NCBI GenBank assembly: GCA_964228485.1
Contig: CAXRAF010000023.1
Location: 1-38,100, forward strand
DNA from: Alteromonadales bacterium
Lineage (GTDB): Bacteria; Pseudomonadota; Gammaproteobacteria; Enterobacterales; GCA-2746155
DNA length: 38,100 nucleotides
Reading direction: 5' to 3'
Shown here: positions 1 to 8,214 of the stretch, one piece after another
Layout: every line of letters begins with the position of its first letter
Numbering within the stretch: position 1 is the stretch's first letter
Notes under the pieces: model-generated
Seen by the model: only the letters and a program-made list of their open reading frames with translations
Databases searched by the model: none
What the model was told of the DNA's origin: nothing
Translations under genes and position numbers: made by a program

Positions 1-88
1 GTTTGATTAACTTCTCATACTGATATCTTGGCATGGCTCCTGATTAGGGACGGAGCATTAACGATCGTCAAAAGAGAGGAGTAAAATC

Positions 89-271
89 ATGATTGAATGT
101 TTCATCAGTCTGTTAGCTTTCTTGGGATTTGGTACTGGAGATGGGAATGACCCTCTTCATGGCCATCATGCCCCTGAGTACCAACAAGAAATGATCCGTG
201 CTATTGATAGCAACGAGCTTAAAGGCTTTGATCAACTAGAGGTACAAAAAGCTGACGAATGGTTCGTATAG
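89..271 (+). CDS. small hypothetical protein (60 aa)
   Basis: ATG at 89 is preceded by AGGAG (77-81, 7-nt spacing). A strong hairpin terminator follows at 308-336. No family recognised. Confidence 0.5.
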   Translation: MIECFISLLAFLGFGTGDGNDPLHGHHAPEYQQEMIRAIDSNELKGFDQLEVQKADEWFV

Positions 272-307
272 ACCATTAGACCAAAAATAAATCTATACAC
301 CTCACTT

Positions 308-336
308 AGCCATTGGCATTTTGCCAATGGCTTTTT
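308..336 (+). terminator. rho-independent terminator
   Basis: Perfect 11-bp stem agccattggca / tgccaatggct (308-318 with 322-332), 3-nt loop, then a T-run (333-336). Confidence 0.75.
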
Positions 337-400
337 CATATCTGCTTCCCAATTATTTTCATATTCGTTATAGTGCCTCAGATTCGACGAGGAGTATCCA

Positions 401-1021
401 TTGAGTAATTTAGTAAAACAAATCGAGACCATGCTCGAGCTGCAAAAAGCCATGAATAGTAAGGTAAACCCAGATTGGCAAAATCAGGGCTTCGAGTGGT
501 ATAGAGCAATTTGGATTGAATGTGGAGAAATGCTCGATCACTATGGTTGGAAATGGTGGAAGAAGCAAGAAATTGATCTGCCCCAAGTGCAGCTTGAATT
601 AGTGGATATCTTCCATTTTGGTTTGAGCCTACACCTTTGCAAGGGCCAGAATACCGAGACTCTTGCAACAAGCATAGCAGACCAAATGGATACAATTCTT
701 GACTATGATGACTTCAAACTGGCGCTTGAAGAACTCGCCAGCGATGCATTATCAAGTCGCAGTTTCAATATATCAGCTTTTGCCACCTGTCTGACGCTAG
801 CCCAGATGACAACAGATGATTTGTTCAAACAATATGTCGGTAAAAATACCCTGAATTTTTTCCGTCAGGATCACGGCTATCAGGATGGTACATACATCAA
901 AGTATGGAATGGTCGAGAAGATAATGAATATTTAGTAGATATTCTTAATCATCTCTCAGCTGACTCCGAAGAATTTCAGCAGCTAGTCTATCAGGGATTA
1001 GAACAACACTATCCTGCATAA
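401..1021 (+). CDS. all-alpha dimeric dUTPase family (dUTPase_2-like NTP pyrophosphatase)
   Basis: TTG start with GAGGAG at 389-394 (6-nt spacing). The segment YRAIWIECGEMLDHYGWKWWKK...LELVDIFHFGLS matches my memory of dimeric dUTPase family motifs. Confidence 0.7.
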   Translation: MSNLVKQIETMLELQKAMNSKVNPDWQNQGFEWYRAIWIECGEMLDHYGWKWWKKQEIDLPQVQLELVDIFHFGLSLHLCKGQNTETLATSIADQMDTILDYDDFKLALEELASDALSSRSFNISAFATCLTLAQMTTDDLFKQYVGKNTLNFFRQDHGYQDGTYIKVWNGREDNEYLVDILNHLSADSEEFQQLVYQGLEQHYPA

Positions 1022-1031
1022 CTCATAATCG

Positions 1032-1871
1032 ATGCTCGACATAAAAAAACATAGCACTTTACTCATTGATAGTAATGCGTACATGTACCGTTTTTTTTAT
1101 GGTACCGAACCTCGTCATTGCCCCGATAATAATCCAGTCCATGTGGTATACGCTTTCATGGGCTATGCCCGCCGTCTGTTACAACAGTATCATCCAAATA
1201 GACTCATATTTGTATTTGACGCTGAGGGTAATAACTTTCGTCACGAGTTGTACTCGGACTATAAATCTCATCGAGATCCGATGCCTGAGGACTTGGCTGC
1301 TCAGATTGAGTTAATTAAGACAGCGATTACCTTACTGGGCATTCCACTCGTTGAGCAGCCCGCGGTAGAAGCAGATGACAGCATTGCATCACTGGCAAAA
1401 GTCTTGGCGTCTGAGTCAAATCATGTATATATCTTTTCGCGAGATAAAGACCTGATGCAGTTAGTGAATGATCAGGTTTTCATGGTTGATGAAAAAAAGC
1501 AGCAAATTATTGATAGAGAGGCTGTGCAAAGTAGATACGGTATTGAGCCAGAACGAATTGTTCAGATGCTGGCCTTGATGGGTGATGAGGCAGATAATAT
1601 ACCCGGCGTAGAGGGCATTGGTGCAGTTACGGCAGCTAAGTTGATCAATCAATGGGGAAGTATCGATAAGATTGTTGAGAACTCGCACTGGCTTAAAGGG
1701 GCCGTAGGTAACAATCTGCGACGTGCCGTGGATGCACTTCACTTGAGTGAGCAACTAACACAACTAAAAATTGATTTATACACCGCTGAAGCGCAGGATG
1801 ATTTTCACTTACTCCCTGAAGACAAGTATGAAATACATCAATTCTGTCTGAAATTGGGTTTTCACGAATGA
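1032..1871 (+). CDS. standalone 5'-3' exonuclease / flap endonuclease (PolA N-terminal-like, ExoIX/Xni family)
   Basis: Has VFDAEGNNFRHELYSDYKSHR, EADD, and the H3TH motif LMGDEADNIPGVEGIGAVTAAKLI. Confidence 0.85.
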   Translation: MLDIKKHSTLLIDSNAYMYRFFYGTEPRHCPDNNPVHVVYAFMGYARRLLQQYHPNRLIFVFDAEGNNFRHELYSDYKSHRDPMPEDLAAQIELIKTAITLLGIPLVEQPAVEADDSIASLAKVLASESNHVYIFSRDKDLMQLVNDQVFMVDEKKQQIIDREAVQSRYGIEPERIVQMLALMGDEADNIPGVEGIGAVTAAKLINQWGSIDKIVENSHWLKGAVGNNLRRAVDALHLSEQLTQLKIDLYTAEAQDDFHLLPEDKYEIHQFCLKLGFHE

Positions 1872-2089
1872 TTATTCCATATCAGGAATTAGATAAGCAT
1901 ACACTGCAAAACCTTATCAAGGAGTTCGTGCTGCGAGAGGGCACTGATTACGGTGAGACTGAGGTATCTCTCGAAACCAAGGTGAATCAAGTATTAGAGC
2001 AAATCAAATCAGGAAAACTGGTGATCACCTTCAGTGAGGAGTATGAATCTGTAGATATTAGCCCTGCTGACAAATTCCCGCTAATTTAG
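1868..2089 (+). CDS. yheU: YheU family protein (UPF0270)
   Basis: MIIPYQELDKHTLQNLIKEFVLREGTDYGE closely resembles E. coli YheU. ATGA start/stop overlap with the upstream exonuclease gene. Confidence 0.88.
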   Translation: MIIPYQELDKHTLQNLIKEFVLREGTDYGETEVSLETKVNQVLEQIKSGKLVITFSEEYESVDISPADKFPLI

Positions 2090-2096
2090 CCATTTA

Positions 2097-2125
2097 TCCA
2101 CAAACCACCTCTATTACGCTATAAT
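2097..2125 (+). promoter_or_regulatory. candidate sigma70 promoter (TCCACA-N17-TATAAT)
   Basis: Perfect TATAAT at 2120-2125 with a 4/6 -35 element 17 nt upstream, about 50 nt before the 2174 CDS. Confidence 0.35.
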
Positions 2126-2173
2126 GAAAACTCCCTAATGGAGATTACAGATAAAAGGCTGTAGATTATTGTC

Positions 2174-2800
2174 ATGAAGTTTTTAATTACAATAGTTCTT
2201 TTGTTGTGTGCTACTCAGACAATCAATGCACAGGTGTTCATTTGTGTTGATGAGAAAGACCGCAAGCATTATTCCGATAAACGCTGTGTCCTGTCAGGTA
2301 AAAATACCACTGGCTCAATGGATAAGTCAGGGACAATTAATGAGCATGGTAACCTTGAAATACCCGAAAACATCCGTGCATATACCTCGGCTATTCAGGT
2401 AGTCAAACAGTTATTCACACTACTTACCAGTCGTGAGCCAGCCAATAGAGAGTACACCGAAGTCTACAAGCTAGTCTCAGATGCTGAGCAAAGACATCAG
2501 ATTTTTATCTCCAACCCAGATAGCAAACGCTTTCAAACATACAGTCCTTTCTCGGCAGAGGGACAGCATAGGATGATCCGCTCACTTAGTGAGGCATGCC
2601 GTAAACAGGGGTACTTTAGTATCTGCTCTGCAATCGAGGGCAACCCATGGCTATCCGCCTCAGAAAGAGTCCTTCGTGATGGCATGACTGATGAGGAAAA
2701 ATTCGTCAAGACTGATGCTACGAGTTGTGAAAAGGCGACTGAAGCACACGGCGGTGGTGTGATCAGTGACAAAATGCTTCTTTATTTCTGCAGAAAGTAG
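2174..2800 (+). CDS. secreted Cys-rich hypothetical protein (DUF4124-like N-terminus)
   Basis: Signal peptide MKFLITIVLLLCATQTINA-QV. The mature part has 6 Cys. FICVDEKDRKHYSDKRC resembles the DUF4124 N-terminal motif. Confidence 0.65.
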   Translation: MKFLITIVLLLCATQTINAQVFICVDEKDRKHYSDKRCVLSGKNTTGSMDKSGTINEHGNLEIPENIRAYTSAIQVVKQLFTLLTSREPANREYTEVYKLVSDAEQRHQIFISNPDSKRFQTYSPFSAEGQHRMIRSLSEACRKQGYFSICSAIEGNPWLSASERVLRDGMTDEEKFVKTDATSCEKATEAHGGGVISDKMLLYFCRK

Positions 2801-2805
2801 TCCTC

Positions 2806-3051
2806 ATGTTTTTCAGAGTTGTCATCAAGACGCTTGAGTTACTAGTCCACCTTTTTTTAATTGTTGGCGTACCTGTCATCTATTTAGACATCACTACGGG
2901 TTACAATAAATATCGCTTACCAGAGCAAATGCCGGTAGTGTATGTCTACTGGCTGGTATATATCGTCATTATTGCCATTATCTATGGCATATCTCAGAAA
3001 ACCAAAAAGTATCAGCGCCCTGATTGTACAAAAAATTCTAGCGACACCTAA
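2806..3051 (+). CDS. small membrane protein (81 aa, two predicted TM helices)
   Basis: Two hydrophobic stretches. Starts 5 nt after the preceding stop and ends 8 nt before the permease gene. Confidence 0.5.
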   Translation: MFFRVVIKTLELLVHLFLIVGVPVIYLDITTGYNKYRLPEQMPVVYVYWLVYIVIIAIIYGISQKTKKYQRPDCTKNSSDT

Positions 3052-3059
3052 TCCAGAGT

Positions 3060-4349
3060 ATGTCCAACGTCTATAAACCCTATACAGCCGTTGCGATAAT
3101 CGTCGCAAATATGATTGGCACTGGGGTATTCACAAGTCTTGGATTTCAATTACTCGGCATACAATCTGGCTTTGCCATTCTTATGCTGTGGGTGGTGGGT
3201 GGCATCATGGCCTTATGTGGTGCTCTGACTTATGCTGAATTAGGCGCAACTTATCCACGCTCTGGTGGAGAATATAACTTTCTAACGCGGATCTATCACC
3301 CTGTCGCAGGATTCACATCCGGATGGGTTTCTTCAACTATTGGATTTTCAGCACCGACCGCCCTGGCTGCGATTACCTTTGGTACCTACTTATCCTCTGT
3401 GATCCCATCCTTATCGAGTGATTGGTTAGCGATTGTCCTCATTATTGCCATGGCCATTATTCACTCGACTAAACGTTCGGGTAGCGGTTCTACTCAGGTT
3501 ATTTTTACAGCGATAAAAATCCTTTTTATTGTTCTATTCATCATCAGTGGCATTGTGCTGATTGAGAATCCTCAGCCAGTTATATTTACTCCTGATAAAG
3601 ACAACATACCGCTGCTCTTTACCGCAGGATTCGCTGTTTCACTAATATATGTAAATTATGCCTATACAGGATGGAACGCAGCCACGTATATAAGCAGTGA
3701 ATTAGAATCACCGCAAAAATCCCTGCCAGCTATTTTGCTAACAGGCACATTAATTGTGACGGTTGTGTATGTCTTACTCAATTTTCTCTTCATGTACAGT
3801 ACACCAATCAATGCGATGCAGGGAAAATTAGAAATTGGTGTAATCGCCGCGCAATCTATCTGGGGTGAGTCCGGGGCAAAAATAATGGGTATATCCATGG
3901 CTCTGTTATTAATATCAACAGTAAGTGCCATGACCATTGCTGGACCGCGGGTACTTCAGGTGATCGGTGAGGATTATGATTTCTTCAAAGCGCTGGGCAA
4001 GACAAATGAGGATGGTATTCCTGCCAGAGCAATCTGGATGCAGACAGCACTGGCATTGTTATTCGTAATCACAGCATCCTTTGAATCGATACTTATTTTT
4101 TCCGGATTTGCTTTGGCATTGAATAATCTGTTTGCAGTGGCTGGTATATTTGTTAGTAGACTACGTCATAAAGAGATAGAACGCCCATACAAAACCGCGC
4201 TTTATCCGATTACACCACTCTTATACTGTGCACTTACTCTGTGGACTCTGAGTTATCTTGCGATTGAACGTCCGACAGAGATACTTGCAAGCCTCGCAAT
4301 AATTATTGCAGGCGTAGTGTTTTACTTTTTCTCGAGGAATAAACCTTAA
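3060..4349 (+). CDS. APC-superfamily amino acid permease
   Basis: About 12 hydrophobic segments. N-terminal IVANMIGTGVFTSLGF and YAELGATYPRSGGEYNF are typical of amino-acid/polyamine permeases. Confidence 0.85.
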   Translation: MSNVYKPYTAVAIIVANMIGTGVFTSLGFQLLGIQSGFAILMLWVVGGIMALCGALTYAELGATYPRSGGEYNFLTRIYHPVAGFTSGWVSSTIGFSAPTALAAITFGTYLSSVIPSLSSDWLAIVLIIAMAIIHSTKRSGSGSTQVIFTAIKILFIVLFIISGIVLIENPQPVIFTPDKDNIPLLFTAGFAVSLIYVNYAYTGWNAATYISSELESPQKSLPAILLTGTLIVTVVYVLLNFLFMYSTPINAMQGKLEIGVIAAQSIWGESGAKIMGISMALLLISTVSAMTIAGPRVLQVIGEDYDFFKALGKTNEDGIPARAIWMQTALALLFVITASFESILIFSGFALALNNLFAVAGIFVSRLRHKEIERPYKTALYPITPLLYCALTLWTLSYLAIERPTEILASLAIIIAGVVFYFFSRNKP

Positions 4350-4421
4350 TCTTTTAAACCGTCATCGATTTTGGTAGATTCCTAACCTCATTCATCAGCG
4401 ACTAAATAGCGGCTAAATATT

Positions 4422-5252
4422 ATGGGTAATATTGTCTGGGTGGCTTCCTATCCTAAATCGGGTAATACATGGATGCGTGCATTTCTTGGTAATTACCTTG
4501 CCAATCAAGATAAACCTGTCGATATTAATGCGCTGCACAACACGCTGCTATCTGAAGCCAATAGCTATCATTACCAGCCATACATCTCGGCTGAGAAAAA
4601 AACAACAGATGTTGATATGATGGATTTGATCCGTCTTCGCCCACGAGTTCATGCTGATATGGCTCGAAATGCACAAGGTTCAATTTTTGTTAAGACCCAC
4701 AACTTTTTGGGTGAGTACAAGGGATTTCCGCTACACAATGCCCAAGTGACATCGGGTGCTATTGTTGTGGTGCGAAATCCACTGGATGTGGTGGTGTCGA
4801 TGTCGAACTATTTTAACTATGACATTGATCACACGATTGCATTCATGGCTGATGAGCTGACTGGCACGCCAAACGAGGAGGGCAATGTGCCACAGATCAT
4901 AAGTTCTTGGTCTGTACATACCAAAAGCTGGGCTGAAAATACTGAAGATAGTGTGCTTGTTGTCAGATATGAAGACATGCTGGCTAATGCGCAAAAAACC
5001 TTCCGCAAAGTAGAATCATTTCTCAAATTAAAAAAGGATCCTAAGCGCTTACGACGAGCGATTCAATTTTCATCGTTTGAGCAACTCAAAAAACAAGAAT
5101 CACAAGTCGGCTTTGTGGAAAAATTCGAACATGCGACTGCCTTTTTTAACACCGGCAGAAAGGGTCAGTGGCAGAATATTTTGACGCAACAGCAAATCGA
5201 TACCGTAAAGAAACAACACAAGCCAATGATGGATTTATTTAAATATAGCTAA
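4422..5252 (+). CDS. PAPS-dependent sulfotransferase (Sulfotransfer_1-like)
   Basis: 5'-PSB loop SYPKSGNTWMR and 3'-PB motif GRKGQWQNILT. Confidence 0.85.
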   Translation: MGNIVWVASYPKSGNTWMRAFLGNYLANQDKPVDINALHNTLLSEANSYHYQPYISAEKKTTDVDMMDLIRLRPRVHADMARNAQGSIFVKTHNFLGEYKGFPLHNAQVTSGAIVVVRNPLDVVVSMSNYFNYDIDHTIAFMADELTGTPNEEGNVPQIISSWSVHTKSWAENTEDSVLVVRYEDMLANAQKTFRKVESFLKLKKDPKRLRRAIQFSSFEQLKKQESQVGFVEKFEHATAFFNTGRKGQWQNILTQQQIDTVKKQHKPMMDLFKYS

Positions 5253-5370
5253 GCGCCATAAGTTTGTTTCCTAAGCTGCTGAAAATAAAGCATTTCTGTC
5301 CCCAAAATGACGCAATTAAGCAGATCTCAGTGAAAATCACTAAAAAATCAGAAACTTTTTGTTACTTTTC

Positions 5371-5400
5371 TTGCATATTTGTTACTTAAGCGGTTATTAT
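5371..5400 (+). promoter_or_regulatory. candidate sigma70 promoter for TBDR1 (TTGCAT-N18-TATTAT)
   Basis: -35 TTGCAT at 5371-5376 and -10 TATTAT at 5395-5400. The -35 element is flanked by the 10-bp direct repeat tttgttactt at 5358-5367 and 5378-5387. Confidence 0.4.
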
Positions 5401-5517
5401 CCGGACGTGGGTAGCCTCTTCGAGGCTGCGTATTATGTGCTGTACGCATGGTTTACTAATATGTGTAAAGTGCAATAGGTTAGTTAACTAACTTCCAATT
5501 AACCGGGGAGAAAAACA

Positions 5518-8151
5518 TTGATTAAACAAAATAAACATAATCCTCTCGTTAAGGCTATCAGAAATGCATTACTAGCAGGTGCTGCAATTTCTATGGCTGC
5601 AACTGGTTCAGCTCTTGCAGAAGAAGCTGACGATGAAGAGGCAGATGAAGAAGAAAATACGGTAACCGTCACGGGTTCACGTATTAAAAGAACTGACATC
5701 GAAGGTTCATTACCTGTAACAGTCATTGATCGCGAGATGATTGAATTATCAGGTGAGGCTAACGCTGCAGATTTCTTGAGAAGCATGACATTTAACAGTT
5801 CTGGTTCGTTCCGTCCTCAGTCTGGTAGCTCTGCTCAGGGTACTGCATCAATCAGTTTACGTGGTATTGGTTCATCACGTACATTGGTATTGGTTGACGG
5901 TCGTCGTCTACCTAAGTCACCTTCAACAGGTTCAAACCAAGACTTGAACACTATCCCAATGGGTGCAATCGAGCGTATTGAGGTACTGTCTGACGGTGCA
6001 TCTGCGATCTACGGTTCTGACGCTCTAGGTGGTGTTGTAAACGTCATCACTCGTAAAGACTTCGAAGGCGCGCAAATCATGTTAGGTCAGGCAAGCGTTA
6101 GTATTCCTGCTAACGGTGGTGACCGTGAAAACGGTAGCATAACCTTTGGTGCTTCAAGCGACACATCAAGCCTGATAGGTGGTGTATCGTGGAACAAGCG
6201 TGACATTATCTTCGCACGTGACTTCTACTTCAACACTCCTGGTGGATCTGTGTATGGTAACTCTTATACAACAATCACTGGCGGTTTTGATGATTTCAAC
6301 TGGACCTCAATTCCAGACGGTCAAGGCGGTACTGCTTGTGACTTCCCAGGAACAGGTTTCTACACTCGAGCTAACAGTTTTGCTGTTAACGCTGCACAGA
6401 CTCGTTGTGCTTACGACTTCACATTGGTATCTGCAGACGAAGCGTCTACAGGTAATACCTCTATCTGGTTGAAAGCAACTCACGAGTTTAGTGATGATTG
6501 GTCTGTTTGGGCTAATGCTAGCATCAACAAATCAAGCTCGTTTGGTCGTTATGCTCCAGTACCAGATTCAAGCTACTTCTCAGTACCTCTGACTGGTAAC
6601 AGCCCTAATAACCCTACTAACCCTAACGGTAACGTATGGGATGGCGTCTCTACAGTTGGCGTACCTGTAAACTGGTGGCATCGTTTCGACGCACTGGGTA
6701 ATCGTGACAGTGAAGTAGACAATGAGCTGTCAGAGCTTATGACTGGTATGACAGGTAATGTTGGTGATGTTGAGTTAGATTTCGGTCTACGTATCACTAA
6801 GAACCTAACTTACGATATCGGTCGTAACTATCTGTTACGTTCTGCAGCTGCAGCGTATATCGAAAGTGGTGCATATGACTTACGCAACCCTTATGCGACT
6901 CCAGATAATGTCTTGAACGCAATGAAGGTTGTTATTAGCCGTATTTCTCAGTACAACCAGAATGAAGCATGGTTCACTGCAGCATTCGACGCGTTCGAAA
7001 TGGAAAATGGTTTCGCACAAATGTTCGTCGGTATGGAGTATCGTGAAGAAGACTACAATGACCAGTATGACTCTCTGTCAGAAGCTGGCCAGGTTGGTGG
7101 TTCTGCAGGTAACTCAGCTGGTGGTACACGTGACGTAACTGCTTACTACTTCGAGTTGTTAATGCCTGTAATGGATAACCTAGAAGTAACTGTAGCTGGT
7201 CGTCAAGATGACTACTCAGATTACGGTTCTGACTTCTCACCAAAAGTGTCTGCTCGTTGGGTTGTCACTGATGACATGACTATACGTGCATCTTATGGTG
7301 AAGGTTTCCGTGCACCGACACTCGACATTCTGACTCAGAAAGATTCGTTCTCAGCTGACTCAGTTCGTGACGAGCAGTCTTGTTTGGCCCAGGGTCAGCC
7401 AGCTAACTGTAGCTTGCAGATTAACGCTCTGGTAACAGCGAATCCATCACTGAGTTCAGAGCAGTCAGAGCAGTACTCTTTCGGTTTTGCTCATGAAGCA
7501 ACTGATTGGTTCAACTACTCTATCGACTACTACAACATTGCAATCTCTAACCGTATTACAGGTTTCTCTTCACAGGGCCTGATTGCCAGAGAGATTGCTG
7601 GTGACCCGATTCCTCCAGGTTTGGGTGTAACTCGTAATCCTACTAACGGCGCGATTACACAAATCGTTCGTGGTTTCGGTAACGAGGGTACAGTTGATAC
7701 CTCAGGTCTTGATATCAACGCTGTATTTTCATACGAAATGCTAGGTGGTCGATTCAACCACAACGTTCAGATCGGTTACTTACTTGATCAGGCTGTTGAC
7801 GGTGGTCGTAACCTAGTAGGTGACCCTGGTACTCCAGAGGCTCGTATGGTTATCTCTAACTCTTATGAGATGGATAACTTCAGCATAGGTTACAACCTGA
7901 ACCTAATCGGTAACCAGTGTGATGAGATTGTTGCTGGTGAGTGTATTGGTAACGTACCAACTTGGGTTACACATGATGTGCAATTCAACTACTTCGCCCC
8001 TTGGGACGGACGTATTACAGTTGGTGTTCGTAACGCTGGCGAGAAGAGACCTCCAATTGGTCTTGGTGCCGTCGGCTCACGTGACTATGACTTCAGCCTG
8101 TACGATGCGTACGGTCGAATCACTTACGTGAACTACACGCAAACTTTCTAA
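5518..8151 (+). CDS. TonB-dependent outer-membrane receptor (877 aa)
   Basis: TTG start with GGGGAG 8 nt upstream. Signal peptide ...ATGSALA, acidic linker, TonB-box/plug region NTVTVTGSRIKR...IERIEVLSDGASAIYGSDALGGVVNVITR, and a C-terminal ...YTQTF beta-signal. Confidence 0.92.
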   Translation: MIKQNKHNPLVKAIRNALLAGAAISMAATGSALAEEADDEEADEEENTVTVTGSRIKRTDIEGSLPVTVIDREMIELSGEANAADFLRSMTFNSSGSFRPQSGSSAQGTASISLRGIGSSRTLVLVDGRRLPKSPSTGSNQDLNTIPMGAIERIEVLSDGASAIYGSDALGGVVNVITRKDFEGAQIMLGQASVSIPANGGDRENGSITFGASSDTSSLIGGVSWNKRDIIFARDFYFNTPGGSVYGNSYTTITGGFDDFNWTSIPDGQGGTACDFPGTGFYTRANSFAVNAAQTRCAYDFTLVSADEASTGNTSIWLKATHEFSDDWSVWANASINKSSSFGRYAPVPDSSYFSVPLTGNSPNNPTNPNGNVWDGVSTVGVPVNWWHRFDALGNRDSEVDNELSELMTGMTGNVGDVELDFGLRITKNLTYDIGRNYLLRSAAAAYIESGAYDLRNPYATPDNVLNAMKVVISRISQYNQNEAWFTAAFDAFEMENGFAQMFVGMEYREEDYNDQYDSLSEAGQVGGSAGNSAGGTRDVTAYYFELLMPVMDNLEVTVAGRQDDYSDYGSDFSPKVSARWVVTDDMTIRASYGEGFRAPTLDILTQKDSFSADSVRDEQSCLAQGQPANCSLQINALVTANPSLSSEQSEQYSFGFAHEATDWFNYSIDYYNIAISNRITGFSSQGLIAREIAGDPIPPGLGVTRNPTNGAITQIVRGFGNEGTVDTSGLDINAVFSYEMLGGRFNHNVQIGYLLDQAVDGGRNLVGDPGTPEARMVISNSYEMDNFSIGYNLNLIGNQCDEIVAGECIGNVPTWVTHDVQFNYFAPWDGRITVGVRNAGEKRPPIGLGAVGSRDYDFSLYDAYGRITYVNYTQTF

Positions 8152-8170
8152 GTTTTACTTATAAAGTTGA

Positions 8171-8200
8171 AAAGGCGCTCTATGAGCGCCTTTTTATTTT
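8171..8200 (+). terminator. rho-independent terminator after TBDR1
   Basis: aaaggcgctc-tat-gagcgccttt gives a 7 GC-rich bp stem plus 3 A:T bp, followed by tttttatttt. Starts 20 nt after the TBDR stop. Confidence 0.8.
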
Positions 8201-8214
8201 TCACGATAAAAATT

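Noticed and set aside
1-42. A possible 5' end of a - strand gene (ATG at 42-40, MPRYQYEKLIK..., AGGAG just upstream) running off the left edge.
   Set aside because: Only 14 codons are visible, the RBS spacing is very short (2 nt), and no family is recognisable. That is too little evidence to call.
378-695. Many track ORFs of 60-130 aa lie antisense to, or out of frame within, long genes. Examples: 378-695(-), 5499-5786(-), 11828-12136(-), 19287-19469(-), 25362-25724(+), 30991-31353(-), 32252-32596(-), 36684-37070(+), 37472-37825(+).
   Set aside because: Each is fully embedded in a confidently identified gene on the other strand or frame. They have low-complexity or Ser/Arg/Cys-rich composition typical of shadow ORFs and lack RBS or motif support.
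5401-5517. A possible cobalamin riboswitch in the TBDR1 leader, which would fit the B12-type radical SAM gene downstream.
   Set aside because: I could not find a B12-box-like element (AGYCMGGNGNCCKGC-type core) or the multi-stem architecture. At 877 aa the receptor is also much larger than BtuB-type receptors. A covariance-model scan (Rfam RF00174) would settle it.
8167-8214. The upstream start (8167) given by the ORF track for the methyltransferase.
   Set aside because: These 16 codons would translate straight through the terminator hairpin and T-run (8171-8200). The ATG at 8215 gives a sensible N-terminus.
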